Shown here: positions 1 to 8,207 of the stretch, piece after piece | Position numbering within the stretch: the stretch's first letter is position 1 | How the letters are laid out: each line of letters begins with the position of its first letter | NCBI GenBank assembly: GCA_964360755.1 | Contig: CAYHYE010000002.1 | Span: 1-46,342, forward strand | Reading direction: 5' to 3' | From: Candidatus Woesearchaeota archaeon | Lineage (GTDB): Archaea; Nanobdellota; Nanobdellia; Pacearchaeales; GW2011-AR1 | Length of the DNA: 46,342 nucleotides | Notes under the pieces: model-generated | Seen by the model: the letters and a program-made list of their open reading frames with translations, nothing else | Told to the model about the DNA's origin: nothing | Databases searched by the model: none | Position numbers and translations under genes: made by a program

Positions 1-45
1 AGCGGGGCCTTTACAGGCCTCCCGGTTCGATTCCGGGCGTCGGCG
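1..45 (+). tRNA. 3' portion of a class-II (long variable arm) tRNA, possibly tRNA-Ser; 5' part lies outside the window
   Basis: A GC-rich island in an AT-rich genome. T-arm is CCCGG-TTCGATT-CCGGG (21-37), followed by a 7-nt acceptor 3' strand CGTCGGC (38-44) and discriminator G45. Positions 4/5-20/21 form a GGGGCC(T)-TTAC-(A)GGCCT(C) hairpin, consistent with a long variable arm. CCA is not encoded. Confidence 0.6.
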
Positions 46-90
46 TGCCTTGCCCCCGGAATAAATTTATTTCTTAGCAATTTTCCAAAA

Positions 91-101
91 GATTTAAAAA
101 T
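91..101 (+). promoter_or_regulatory. putative TATA-box promoter of ORF 122
   Basis: GATTTAAAAAT is centred about 26 nt upstream of ATG 122. Spacing and motif match the other first genes in this window. Confidence 0.35.
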
Positions 102-121
102 GTATTTTTTTAACATAGTTC

Positions 122-832
122 ATGACTAAAGATGTAATTAAACTTGCAAGAACTAGCTTAGCTGAATATGGTCCTTTAGAAGAAAGGAGTTTTTCAAGCC
201 AAGAATTTTTAGATTTATTAGCTTATGCAGAGCTTTTACATAGGGCTGATCAAAGAGAATTGCTTAGAGAACAGCAAAGCGCACATCTAACAGAATTAGG
301 TTTAGAGCTTCCTGGAACTATTTCTCTTTCAGATGTTTATGATATTGCTAAAACAACACAAATACCTAGGCAATATCTAGAAAGAGCTTTAACCACTAAG
401 TTTCCTTCTCCAGAAGACCAATTAGAAGACTTAAAACATGCTGGTGCAGAACCTTCTACTGGAACTATTTTAAATGCTTATAGTAAATATTTAATTAGGT
501 CGCTTCAAGAATCGTTCCCACTTTACTTCTTTGAAAGTCAAAGTTCTTTCGGCTCCTTTCTTATTTATCGTATTATTAAAGAAAAGGAGGAAGATTATTC
601 TTTTTTTAGGCAATTCTTTAAGGGATTTAAGAATGATGAAGCTAATAAAGAAAGAATTACATATTTTTATTTTAATGACTATTATCGTACTATTACCATT
701 AGGACATATTCTCCATTATTTTTACGAGTAGCTGAAAAAACATTGGATAAGTTAAATAAATTTTTTAACATGGCTCCGAAAATAATACAAGCCTATGATG
801 TTGATTTAGATCATGCATTAAAAGCAAAGTAA
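122..832 (+). CDS. hypothetical protein (no recognisable family)
   Basis: 236-aa ORF with its own upstream TATA-like box. The N-terminal half is visibly GC-richer and acidic. I recognise no motif. Confidence 0.55.
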   Translation: MTKDVIKLARTSLAEYGPLEERSFSSQEFLDLLAYAELLHRADQRELLREQQSAHLTELGLELPGTISLSDVYDIAKTTQIPRQYLERALTTKFPSPEDQLEDLKHAGAEPSTGTILNAYSKYLIRSLQESFPLYFFESQSSFGSFLIYRIIKEKEEDYSFFRQFFKGFKNDEANKERITYFYFNDYYRTITIRTYSPLFLRVAEKTLDKLNKFFNMAPKIIQAYDVDLDHALKAK

Positions 833-844
833 GAAAATAAATAA

Positions 845-1864
845 TCAACTAGGCTTTTTGTTTTCTATATATAATTCAAATAATACTGAAAGATAGGCCA
901 TTACTAAAGGTCCTAGGATAAGTCCGAATATTCCGAATACTAGTAATCCTCCAATAATTCCTATTAAAGCTAAGGAAGTAGATATTTTGGATGTTCTAGA
1001 GACAAAAATAGGATGTAAAATATTTTCAAATAAAGTTACAATAATTCCACCATATAAAAATAAAAATATTCCAGCATAGACTCTATCGACAATAAAAAGA
1101 CTTATTACAACTGGAATCCAAACAATCCATGGACCAATTAATGGAATGATGCTTGCAATAATAGATAAAAAAGTTAAAAGCAATGAATTTTCAATTCCTA
1201 CAATAAAAAAACCAACTCCCGTCAGTAATCCACTTAAAATACCTACGATAATTCTTCCAAATATAACAGAGAATGTAACTTGTTTAGATTTTGTTATGAA
1301 TCTATTGGTGGTATTTTTATTAAATGGCAATGATTCTCTTAGCAAATCTACTATTTTATCCCCATCTCTTAATCCATAAAAGAAGACAATTATTATTACT
1401 AATAAATTTAATACTAAAGATGGTAAATTTGAAACAATTTCTGTGAATCTTTTTAAAGATGAATTTGCTGTTGATGATAAGAAAGTAGAATAAACTGCTT
1501 CAACATTTTTTGATATTTCTGGATTTGAAAAAAGAAAAGGAAGATTCTTTTTCATAATTGAGATAATATCTAATGATTGAATGGCTAAATAAGTATCAAA
1601 TGTTTGAGATATTAGTGTTGGTAAAAGAAACCATAGGGATAAAATCATTATAATTAATACTATACTACAAGTTATACTAGCTGTGAATGTAGGGTTTTTT
1701 ATTTTTTTTAGTAGCCACCTATTAATAGGATTAAAAGAATAAGCTAATAATAGACCAAAGATTATTGCAAAGAAAATTGGTCTTATTATAAAAAAAGCAA
1801 ATACTATAATAACAATTATAAAAGCTGCTGCAAAAACTTGTTTGATAGATTCTTCATTAAACAT
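845..1864 (-). CDS. AI-2E family (PerM/UPF0118) transporter-like membrane protein
   Basis: 339 aa with about 8 predicted TM segments. The C-terminal GIIGGLLVFGIFGLILGPLVMA-type helix and overall layout are typical of AI-2E/UPF0118 permeases. Confidence 0.7.
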   Translation of the reverse strand: MFNEESIKQVFAAAFIIVIIVFAFFIIRPIFFAIIFGLLLAYSFNPINRWLLKKIKNPTFTASITCSIVLIIMILSLWFLLPTLISQTFDTYLAIQSLDIISIMKKNLPFLFSNPEISKNVEAVYSTFLSSTANSSLKRFTEIVSNLPSLVLNLLVIIIVFFYGLRDGDKIVDLLRESLPFNKNTTNRFITKSKQVTFSVIFGRIIVGILSGLLTGVGFFIVGIENSLLLTFLSIIASIIPLIGPWIVWIPVVISLFIVDRVYAGIFLFLYGGIIVTLFENILHPIFVSRTSKISTSLALIGIIGGLLVFGIFGLILGPLVMAYLSVLFELYIENKKPS

Positions 1865-1883
1865 ATAATAAATTAATTGTCAT

Positions 1884-1898
1884 ATTATATAAAACTTT
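1884..1898 (-). promoter_or_regulatory. putative BRE/TATA promoter for the AI-2E-like gene
   Basis: The minus strand reads AAAGTTTTATATAAT, 20-34 nt upstream of the ATG at 1864. Confidence 0.4.
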
Positions 1899-1907
1899 AG
1901 CTCTCAA

Positions 1908-1920
1908 AAAGTTTAAATAA
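1908..1920 (+). promoter_or_regulatory. putative BRE/TATA promoter for ORF 1942
   Basis: AAAGTTTAAATAA is centred about 27 nt upstream of ATG 1942. It mirrors the divergent element at 1884-1898. Confidence 0.4.
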
Positions 1921-1941
1921 TAATTATTCAAACTAGATATT

Positions 1942-2643
1942 ATGGATTCATTTATAAAAAAAGTTTTCAATGGAAAAAGCGATGAACATGTACATTTGCA
2001 ATTTATGAGGTTTTCTCGTGGAGAATTTAAAGATAAGGCCCTTATAATTGCAAAAAAAACTAATAAAAATTTTTCTATAGCAACTAGTTATGAATATGCC
2101 AATGAACTTGTTAAAAATATTGCTGAAAAGTTAAAAGGTAACGAGAAAACAAGAATTACAGGAGCTATAATCTCAACTAGAGATTTAACTAATGAAATTA
2201 ACTTTAAAGAAAAAAAGCAATTTCAAGGAGTTAAAAAATACATTATTGATGAAGAAATGCCTAAGGAGCAAATAATTAATATTTGTGACAAATTTCCTAA
2301 GGCTTTTCTTGCTTTAAGTTTTAGTGTTGGGGACAATGAGTTAAAAATTAAGCCAAAGGCTCCCAAATCTTCAAAACCAAAAAAGGGAGATGATAAACCA
2401 AAAGTAGATTTTTGTAAATTAAAAACTTCTGATGAAAGTCTAGTTAAATTGCTTATATTTGATGTTAATGATTTTAAGAATGTTAATATTGTACATGATT
2501 TTATAATTGATGAAATTATAATACCTAAAAATGAAAGTGATCCTGTTAAAATGAGAGAAAATGCTATTAGGAAAGGTAAAATTATAAGATATTTAGATAT
2601 TGATGGAAAAAAAGAAGTTAGAGAGGCTAAATTTTCTATTTGA
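1942..2643 (+). CDS. hypothetical two-domain protein with a Lys/Pro-rich linker
   Basis: 233-aa ORF immediately upstream of rpl3 on the same strand. The linker is KPKAPKSSKPKKGDDKPK. No family recognised. Confidence 0.55.
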   Translation: MDSFIKKVFNGKSDEHVHLQFMRFSRGEFKDKALIIAKKTNKNFSIATSYEYANELVKNIAEKLKGNEKTRITGAIISTRDLTNEINFKEKKQFQGVKKYIIDEEMPKEQIINICDKFPKAFLALSFSVGDNELKIKPKAPKSSKPKKGDDKPKVDFCKLKTSDESLVKLLIFDVNDFKNVNIVHDFIIDEIIIPKNESDPVKMRENAIRKGKIIRYLDIDGKKEVREAKFSI

Positions 2644-2653
2644 TTAACACAGC

Positions 2654-2666
2654 AAGTTTTATAAAT
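2654..2666 (+). promoter_or_regulatory. putative BRE/TATA promoter of the ribosomal superoperon
   Basis: AAGTTTTATAAAT lies about 60 nt upstream of the rpl3 ATG. This implies a roughly 30-nt leader, unlike the leaderless-type spacing seen elsewhere in the window. Confidence 0.4.
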
Positions 2667-2722
2667 GCATTTTTTCTGGTTAATTTACCGTAAGATGGTA
2701 ATCTACTTCGTAAAAGAAAACT

Positions 2723-3679
2723 ATGGCAAAATTATCAAGACCCCGAAGAGGGAGTTTGCAATATTGGCCTCGAAAGAGAGCACTAAAGACTTTACCTAGT
2801 GTAAACTGGGACGGTATAATAAAAGCTAATTCTGATAAAAAAATTTTAGGATTTATAGGTTATAAAGTTGGTATGAAGAGCCTTTATGTTAAAGATAACA
2901 CCCCTGATTCTATGACGAAAAATAAGCGTATTGTTATCCCAATTACGATCCTCGAGTGCCCCCCGATGAAAATTCTTTCTGTTAGATTTTATAAAAATAA
3001 AAAAGTTGTTTCAGATGTACTATTAAATGATCTTGATAAAAGCTTAAAAAGAAAAATAAAAATTCCTGGTAAAATAACCAAAAAAATTGAAGATATTAAG
3101 GATTTTGATGATGTTAGAATTTTAGCTTATTCTCTTGTTAATAATACTAGTATTAAAAAAAGACCTGATATTGTTGAAATTGCCCTTTCAGGGACTAAAG
3201 AAGATAAATTGAATTTTATTAAAGAAAATCTTAACAAGGAAATTAATCCACAAGATGTTTTTAAATTGAAAGATTTAGTAGATACACATGGTCTAACAAA
3301 AGGAAAGGGACTGCAAGGACCTGTTAAAAGATTTGGAATAGGATTAAGACAACATAAATCAGAAAAAGGCCAGAGAAAAGTCGGTTCAATTGGACCTTGG
3401 CATCCTGCACGTGTTACATTTAGGACTCCAATGGCTGGACAACTTGGAATGTTTACAAGGGTTATTTATAATAATAAAATAATAGTGATCGGAAATGTTT
3501 CTAAAAATGATATAAATTTAAAATCAGGATTTAACAATTATGGGAAGATAAGTACAAATTATATTATTATTAATGGAAGTATCCAGGGTCCGCCAAAAAG
3601 ATCTTTAATTTTAACACATGCTTTAAGAAAAACAAGAAAACAAGAAAAGAAAAGTTATGAATTTATTGAATTAAGATGA
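2723..3679 (+). CDS. rpl3: 50S ribosomal protein uL3
   Basis: RPRRGSLQYWPRKRA N-terminus plus GKGLQGPVKRFG and WHPARV motifs. First gene of the conserved L3-L4-L23-L2 order. Confidence 0.95.
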   Translation: MAKLSRPRRGSLQYWPRKRALKTLPSVNWDGIIKANSDKKILGFIGYKVGMKSLYVKDNTPDSMTKNKRIVIPITILECPPMKILSVRFYKNKKVVSDVLLNDLDKSLKRKIKIPGKITKKIEDIKDFDDVRILAYSLVNNTSIKKRPDIVEIALSGTKEDKLNFIKENLNKEINPQDVFKLKDLVDTHGLTKGKGLQGPVKRFGIGLRQHKSEKGQRKVGSIGPWHPARVTFRTPMAGQLGMFTRVIYNNKIIVIGNVSKNDINLKSGFNNYGKISTNYIIINGSIQGPPKRSLILTHALRKTRKQEKKSYEFIELR

Positions 3680-4455
3680 AAGCGGATTTATTAAACATAA
3701 ATGGAGAAAAACAAGAAGAAATTGATTTGCCTAAAATCTTTTCCACTAAAATTAGACCAGATATAGTAAAAAAAGTTTATGATGCAGAAAGAACTTGGCA
3801 ACCTTATGGAAATGATCCAGAAGCTGGTAAAAAACATTCAGCATCAGGAGTAATAAGACATAAAAGACATGCATGGAAAGCCCATTATGGTAGAGGAATA
3901 TCTAGAGTACCTAGGAAAACCATGTGGCGTCGTGGGACGCAATTTTATTGGATAGGTGCAGAAATTTCAAGTGCTAGAGGTGGAAGAAGAGCCCATGGAC
4001 CAAAAAGATATATTCCTAATAAAAAGATAAATAAAAAAGAACGTAAAATTGCTTTGAATTCTAGTATAGCTTCAACAATAAATAAAAATTTTATAATGAA
4101 AAGATATTCAACTATTGACCAAGTTAAAAATAATCTTCCTTTAATTGTCAGTTCAAAGATTTTTGAATTAAAAACTAAGGAATTAGTTAATTCTATAGAT
4201 AAAATATTAGGAGATTTAAAAATTATCTCTAAGCAAGAGAAGGTTATAAGGGCAGGCAAGGGTAAGTTAAGGAATAGAAAATACAAAAAATCTTCTAGGA
4301 TTTTAATTGTTATGGGAAATGATGAAAAATTAAAAACAAAAATATTTGAGCAGGTTAAAGTTAATGATTTGAAAATTAGTTATTTGTATCCATTAGGTAG
4401 AATTGTAATTTATACTAAAAATGCAATAAATGATTTGGAGGAAAAAGAAAAATGA
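3676..4455 (+). CDS. rpl4: 50S ribosomal protein uL4
   Basis: AHYGRGISRVPR motif. ATGA overlap with the rpl3 stop. Conserved position. Confidence 0.93.
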   Translation: MKADLLNINGEKQEEIDLPKIFSTKIRPDIVKKVYDAERTWQPYGNDPEAGKKHSASGVIRHKRHAWKAHYGRGISRVPRKTMWRRGTQFYWIGAEISSARGGRRAHGPKRYIPNKKINKKERKIALNSSIASTINKNFIMKRYSTIDQVKNNLPLIVSSKIFELKTKELVNSIDKILGDLKIISKQEKVIRAGKGKLRNRKYKKSSRILIVMGNDEKLKTKIFEQVKVNDLKISYLYPLGRIVIYTKNAINDLEEKEK

Positions 4456-5105
4456 TTTCATTAGATATTGAAACAAGCGGTTTAGATTCAGGAAAATGTG
4501 GAATATGGCAAATAGGTGCTTTGGAAATTGAAAGTCCTGAAAATTATTTTTTAGAAGAAGGAAGAATAGATAACGAAGATATTGTTGAAAGTGGAGCTTT
4601 AAAAATAACGGGAAAAACAGAACTGGAATTGCGAGACCCACAAAAACAGTTACAGAAAGAAATGATAATGAATTTTCTTAAATGGGCAGAAACTTGTAAG
4701 GAAAGAATTCCTATTGGACAAAATGTTGGATGGGATATTACATTCATACAAAATAAAATATTAAGATATGGATTAAATAATGTATTTATAGAAGTAATGA
4801 ACCAAAGATCCATTGATGTTCATACTTTAGCTCAAGATAGATATCGCAAAATAAATGATGTGTATTTTATAGATGAAAAAGGAGCAAGCAAAATGAATAT
4901 GACAGAAACTTTAAAACTTTGTGGAATTCCAGACCATAGAATTGGATTAACTAAAGATGAGATGGTAAAAAAAGGAAAACCTCATAATGCTTTAGAAGAT
5001 GCAAGACTTAGTGCAGAATGTATTTCAAGATTGATTTATGGAAGAAATTTATTGCCAGAATATGTTAAATTTGAAATTCCACGGGAGCTAAAAAATGATA
5101 ATTAA
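4452..5105 (+). CDS. DEDDh-type (DnaQ/RNase T-like) 3'-5' exonuclease
   Basis: ExoI is SLDIETSGL, ExoII is GQNVGWDITFI and ExoIII is HNALEDARL (H-x4-D). The start overlaps the rpl4 stop (ATGA). The 3' end overlaps the rpl23 start by 11 nt. Confidence 0.8.
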   Translation: MISLDIETSGLDSGKCGIWQIGALEIESPENYFLEEGRIDNEDIVESGALKITGKTELELRDPQKQLQKEMIMNFLKWAETCKERIPIGQNVGWDITFIQNKILRYGLNNVFIEVMNQRSIDVHTLAQDRYRKINDVYFIDEKGASKMNMTETLKLCGIPDHRIGLTKDEMVKKGKPHNALEDARLSAECISRLIYGRNLLPEYVKFEIPRELKNDN

Positions 5106-5337
5106 ACCAATAGCAACTGAAAAAGCAATTCGTCTTATAGAATTGGAAAATATAATTATTTTTGAAGTAGATGGAAGGGCAAATAAAAAGCAAATACACG
5201 AAGAAATTGAGAAGATTTTTAATGTAAAAGTAGAGAAAGTTAATATAAATAATAAGGGAACAAAAAAAATTGCATATATTAAATTAAAAAAAGAAAATCC
5301 TGCAATAGATGTTGCAACAAAATTAGGAGTAATTTAA
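5095..5337 (+). CDS. rpl23: 50S ribosomal protein uL23
   Basis: IIKPIATEKAIRLIE N-terminus, 80 aa, positioned before L2. Confidence 0.92.
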   Translation: MIIKPIATEKAIRLIELENIIIFEVDGRANKKQIHEEIEKIFNVKVEKVNINNKGTKKIAYIKLKKENPAIDVATKLGVI

Positions 5338-5346
5338 GGACTTGAC

Positions 5347-6063
5347 ATGGGAAAATCATTAATACAACAAGCAAGAGGGCGAGGAAGTATGACTTATAGA
5401 GTCAGAAGAAGAGCTTTTAGATATAAAATTGGATATCCTCCTAATTTATCTGGTGACGGAGAAATTGTGAAATTAATTCATTCTGCTGGGCATAATGCAC
5501 CATTAGCAAAGGTTCTCTTTAATGGTAATGTATTTTATAACTTAGCTTCAAAAGGAATGTATCAAGGGCAAAAAATAGTTATTGGATCAAGTAAAGATAT
5601 TGGAGATATTTCACCATTAAAAGATATTCCTATTAGAACTCAAGTATATAATATTGAATCAAGACCATATGACGGAGGAAAATTTATTAGAAGTGCTGGA
5701 TCTTATGTTATAATATTAAAAAAAGAGCAAGGCAAAGTTATAGTATTAATGCCTTCTAAACAAGAAAAGGTTTTTAATGAAGCCTGTAGAGCAACTATAG
5801 GAGTTATTGCTGGGTCTGGAAGAAAAGATAAACCTATAATTAAAGCTGGAAAAAATTATTATATTAAAAAAGCAAAGAACAAACTTTGGCCTAGAACATC
5901 TGCTGTTGCAATGAATGTTGTTGATCATCCATTTGGAAGTGGAAGAGGCAAAAACTTGTCACATGGAGGCTTAGGAAAAGTTCCTAAAAGAAATGCTCCG
6001 CCTGGTGCGTTAGTTGGTTCAATAAGGGCTAAAAGAACAGGAAGAAAAAGAGGTAAGGAATAA
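5347..6063 (+). CDS. rpl2: 50S ribosomal protein uL2
   Basis: QQARGRGS N-terminus, VDHPFGSGRGK loop, basic RAKRTGRKRG tail, conserved position. Confidence 0.95.
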   Translation: MGKSLIQQARGRGSMTYRVRRRAFRYKIGYPPNLSGDGEIVKLIHSAGHNAPLAKVLFNGNVFYNLASKGMYQGQKIVIGSSKDIGDISPLKDIPIRTQVYNIESRPYDGGKFIRSAGSYVIILKKEQGKVIVLMPSKQEKVFNEACRATIGVIAGSGRKDKPIIKAGKNYYIKKAKNKLWPRTSAVAMNVVDHPFGSGRGKNLSHGGLGKVPKRNAPPGALVGSIRAKRTGRKRGKE

Positions 6064-6064
6064 A

Positions 6065-6478
6065 ATGTTAGAAAAAAAATTAAAGATTGAAAAGAAAAAG
6101 GAATTTACATATAGAGGCAAAAGTCTTGAAGAACTTAAACTTTTAGATATTAGGGAGTTTTCTAAACTTATTTCATCAAGGGAAAGAAGAACTATTTTAA
6201 GAAATACAGATATTATCGAAAATTTTTTATCTAGATGTAGGAAAAAAATTGATATGAAGAAACCAATTAAAACTCATAATAGGTCTTTAGTTATTGTACC
6301 TTTAATGATAGGAATGAATATAGGAATACATAATGGAAAAGGCTTTGAAAAAATTGAAATTATTCCAGAAATGCTTGGACATAGATTGGGAGAATTTGCA
6401 GTAACTAGATCATTAGTAAAACATGGAGCTGCAGGAATTGGAGCAACAAGAAGTTCTGCTTCTAGAAGTGTAAAATAA
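6065..6478 (+). CDS. rps19: 30S ribosomal protein uS19
   Basis: GHRLGEFAVTR motif; positioned after L2. Confidence 0.93.
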   Translation: MLEKKLKIEKKKEFTYRGKSLEELKLLDIREFSKLISSRERRTILRNTDIIENFLSRCRKKIDMKKPIKTHNRSLVIVPLMIGMNIGIHNGKGFEKIEIIPEMLGHRLGEFAVTRSLVKHGAAGIGATRSSASRSVK

Positions 6479-6479
6479 A

Positions 6480-7067
6480 ATGGCAGATGAGCAATTAAGA
6501 CAAATTGAAAAAACAAAAACAAAGAAATCAGAAAAAATTATAGTTCAAACTCCAAAAGAAGCTACAAAAGAAAAAGATAAAATTGAAAATAAGAAAGATG
6601 TAGAAGAAATTAAAGAAAACGAAATTAAAAATGTTGAAAAAAAAGAAAAAACTATTGTTAAAGCTCTAAAAAAAACAGAGTCTACCGTCTATGGTAAAAA
6701 TATTCCAATCTCTTTGAAGCATAGTGTTTACATAGGGAAATTTATAAAAGGTAAAAAAATTGATAATGCAATTATAGATTTACAAGAAGTAATTAAAAAG
6801 AGGAGAGCAATACCAATGTCTGGAGAAATGGCTCACAAAAGAGGAGCGGGAATGGCAACTGGTAAATATCCTTTTAAAGCTTCTAAAAATTTTATTAAAC
6901 TTTTGAAATCTCTTTCTGCAAATAGTATAAATCATGGGATGGATTTAGAAAAAACTAGAATTTATACAGTTATCCCTAACAAATCTTCTAAACAAATGCA
7001 TAGATTTGGAAGAACAATATTTAAGAAGACAGATATTAAAATTATAGCTAAGGAGGTTATTAAATAA
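6480..7067 (+). CDS. rpl22: 50S ribosomal protein uL22 with a Lys/Glu-rich N-terminal extension
   Basis: The uL22 core starts near aa 65 (VYGKNIPISLKHS...MAHKRGAGMATGKYP). It is preceded by about 60 aa of K/E low complexity. Position is S19-L22-S3. Confidence 0.9.
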   Translation: MADEQLRQIEKTKTKKSEKIIVQTPKEATKEKDKIENKKDVEEIKENEIKNVEKKEKTIVKALKKTESTVYGKNIPISLKHSVYIGKFIKGKKIDNAIIDLQEVIKKRRAIPMSGEMAHKRGAGMATGKYPFKASKNFIKLLKSLSANSINHGMDLEKTRIYTVIPNKSSKQMHRFGRTIFKKTDIKIIAKEVIK

Positions 7068-7070
7068 AAA

Positions 7071-7700
7071 ATGGAAGAAAGAAAGTTCGTAGCATTAAAA
7101 AAAGAAGAATATACAATTAAGGAATTTGTAAAAAAATATTTAGGAAAGGGGAAATTTAGTAAAGTTCGTGTTGATTATACTCCAATTGGGGAGAAGATAA
7201 TTATAGTTACAAGCAAACCAGGACTTATAATTGGTCGTGGTGGAGAAAAAATAAATAGTTTAACTGATGTATTAAAAAAGAAATTTAAATTTGAGAATCC
7301 ACATATTGAAATTCAAGAGATTAAAAATCAAAATCTTGATGCTCAATCTATTGCCGATGAAATTGCAATAAATATTGAAACTAGGGGTTCTTTAAAATTT
7401 AAGATAATTGCTTATAGATTATTAAAACAAATTATTGATTCTGGTGCTTTAGGAGTTGAATTAAAATTAAGCGGTAGATTACCAAGTGCAAGAGCTCGTT
7501 CATGGAGATTTAAGAAAGGTTATTTAAAAAAAGTTGGTGATAGCTCAAAAATTGTTGATAGAGCAAGTTCTATTGCTGAGACAAATATGGGAACTGTTGG
7601 AATACAAGTTAGTATATTACACCCAGATGCAAAAATACATGATATTATTAATCTAAAAAATAAAAAATTAAAATTAAGTGAGGAAAAAAATAATGAATAA
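7071..7700 (+). CDS. rps3: 30S ribosomal protein uS3
   Basis: KH-domain motif GLIIGRGGEKI plus SGRLPSARARSW; conserved position. Confidence 0.94.
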   Translation: MEERKFVALKKEEYTIKEFVKKYLGKGKFSKVRVDYTPIGEKIIIVTSKPGLIIGRGGEKINSLTDVLKKKFKFENPHIEIQEIKNQNLDAQSIADEIAINIETRGSLKFKIIAYRLLKQIIDSGALGVELKLSGRLPSARARSWRFKKGYLKKVGDSSKIVDRASSIAETNMGTVGIQVSILHPDAKIHDIINLKNKKLKLSEEKNNE

Positions 7701-7893
7701 AAAATTTTTAGAATTAAAAAAATTATCAAAAAATGAAATCGATAAAGGAATTGAAAATATACGTTTTGATTTAATTAAAGCAAAAGTCACGGTAGCTAAA
7801 GGCGGTAAAGTAAAAATGAGAGAGCTTAAAAAGGCATTAGCTAGATTTATTATGCTCCAATCTAGTAAAAAAACTAGTGGGGGTAATAAATAG
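7693..7893 (+). CDS. rpl29: 50S ribosomal protein uL29
   Basis: Small helical protein (LKKLSKNEIDKGIENIRFDLIKAK) directly after S3. I place the start at ATG 7693 rather than the track's GTG 7678. It overlaps the rps3 end by 8 nt. Confidence 0.85.
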   Translation: MNKKFLELKKLSKNEIDKGIENIRFDLIKAKVTVAKGGKVKMRELKKALARFIMLQSSKKTSGGNK

Positions 7894-8196
7894 ATGGATA
7901 TATGTCCAAAATGTGGCTTGCCTATGCAAGCTTGTGTATGTGAAGAAATCGCGAAGAGTGAACAACAAATCCACGTGAAAATAGCTAAGAAGAAATTTGG
8001 CAAATTTGCCACTATAGTATCTGGATTTGATAAGGGCCTTGACATAAGTAAAATTGCAAAAAGCCTTAAGGCAGAACTTGGATGTGGAGGGACTATCAAG
8101 AGTGGAGAAATAGAACTTCAAGGAGATCATAGAAAAAAAATCAAACAGATTTTAGTTTCTCTTGGGTTTGATGAAAATTCAATAGTAAGCGATTAA
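7894..8196 (+). CDS. translation initiation factor aSUI1 (eIF1 family)
   Basis: N-terminal CPKCGLP..CVC zinc knuckle and GCGGTIKSGEIELQGDHRKKI SUI1 core. Canonical archaeal position after L29. Confidence 0.9.
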   Translation: MDICPKCGLPMQACVCEEIAKSEQQIHVKIAKKKFGKFATIVSGFDKGLDISKIAKSLKAELGCGGTIKSGEIELQGDHRKKIKQILVSLGFDENSIVSD

Positions 8197-8207
8197 ACAT
8201 AAAGAAA

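Noticed and set aside
2685-2701. Small hairpin TTACC-GTAAGAT-GGTAA in the putative 5' leader of rpl3, considered as a possible autoregulatory r-protein binding site.
   Set aside because: It has only a 5-bp stem, and such hairpins are expected by chance in this composition. I recognise no resemblance to known r-protein leader structures. It would be worth revisiting only if conserved in relatives.
5920-5950. uL2 loop reads DHPFGSGRG rather than the bacterial HPHGGGEG, considered as possible loss of the conserved His.
   Set aside because: As far as I recall, archaeal uL2 sequences commonly carry HPFGGG-type loops. This looks like lineage-typical variation rather than an anomaly.
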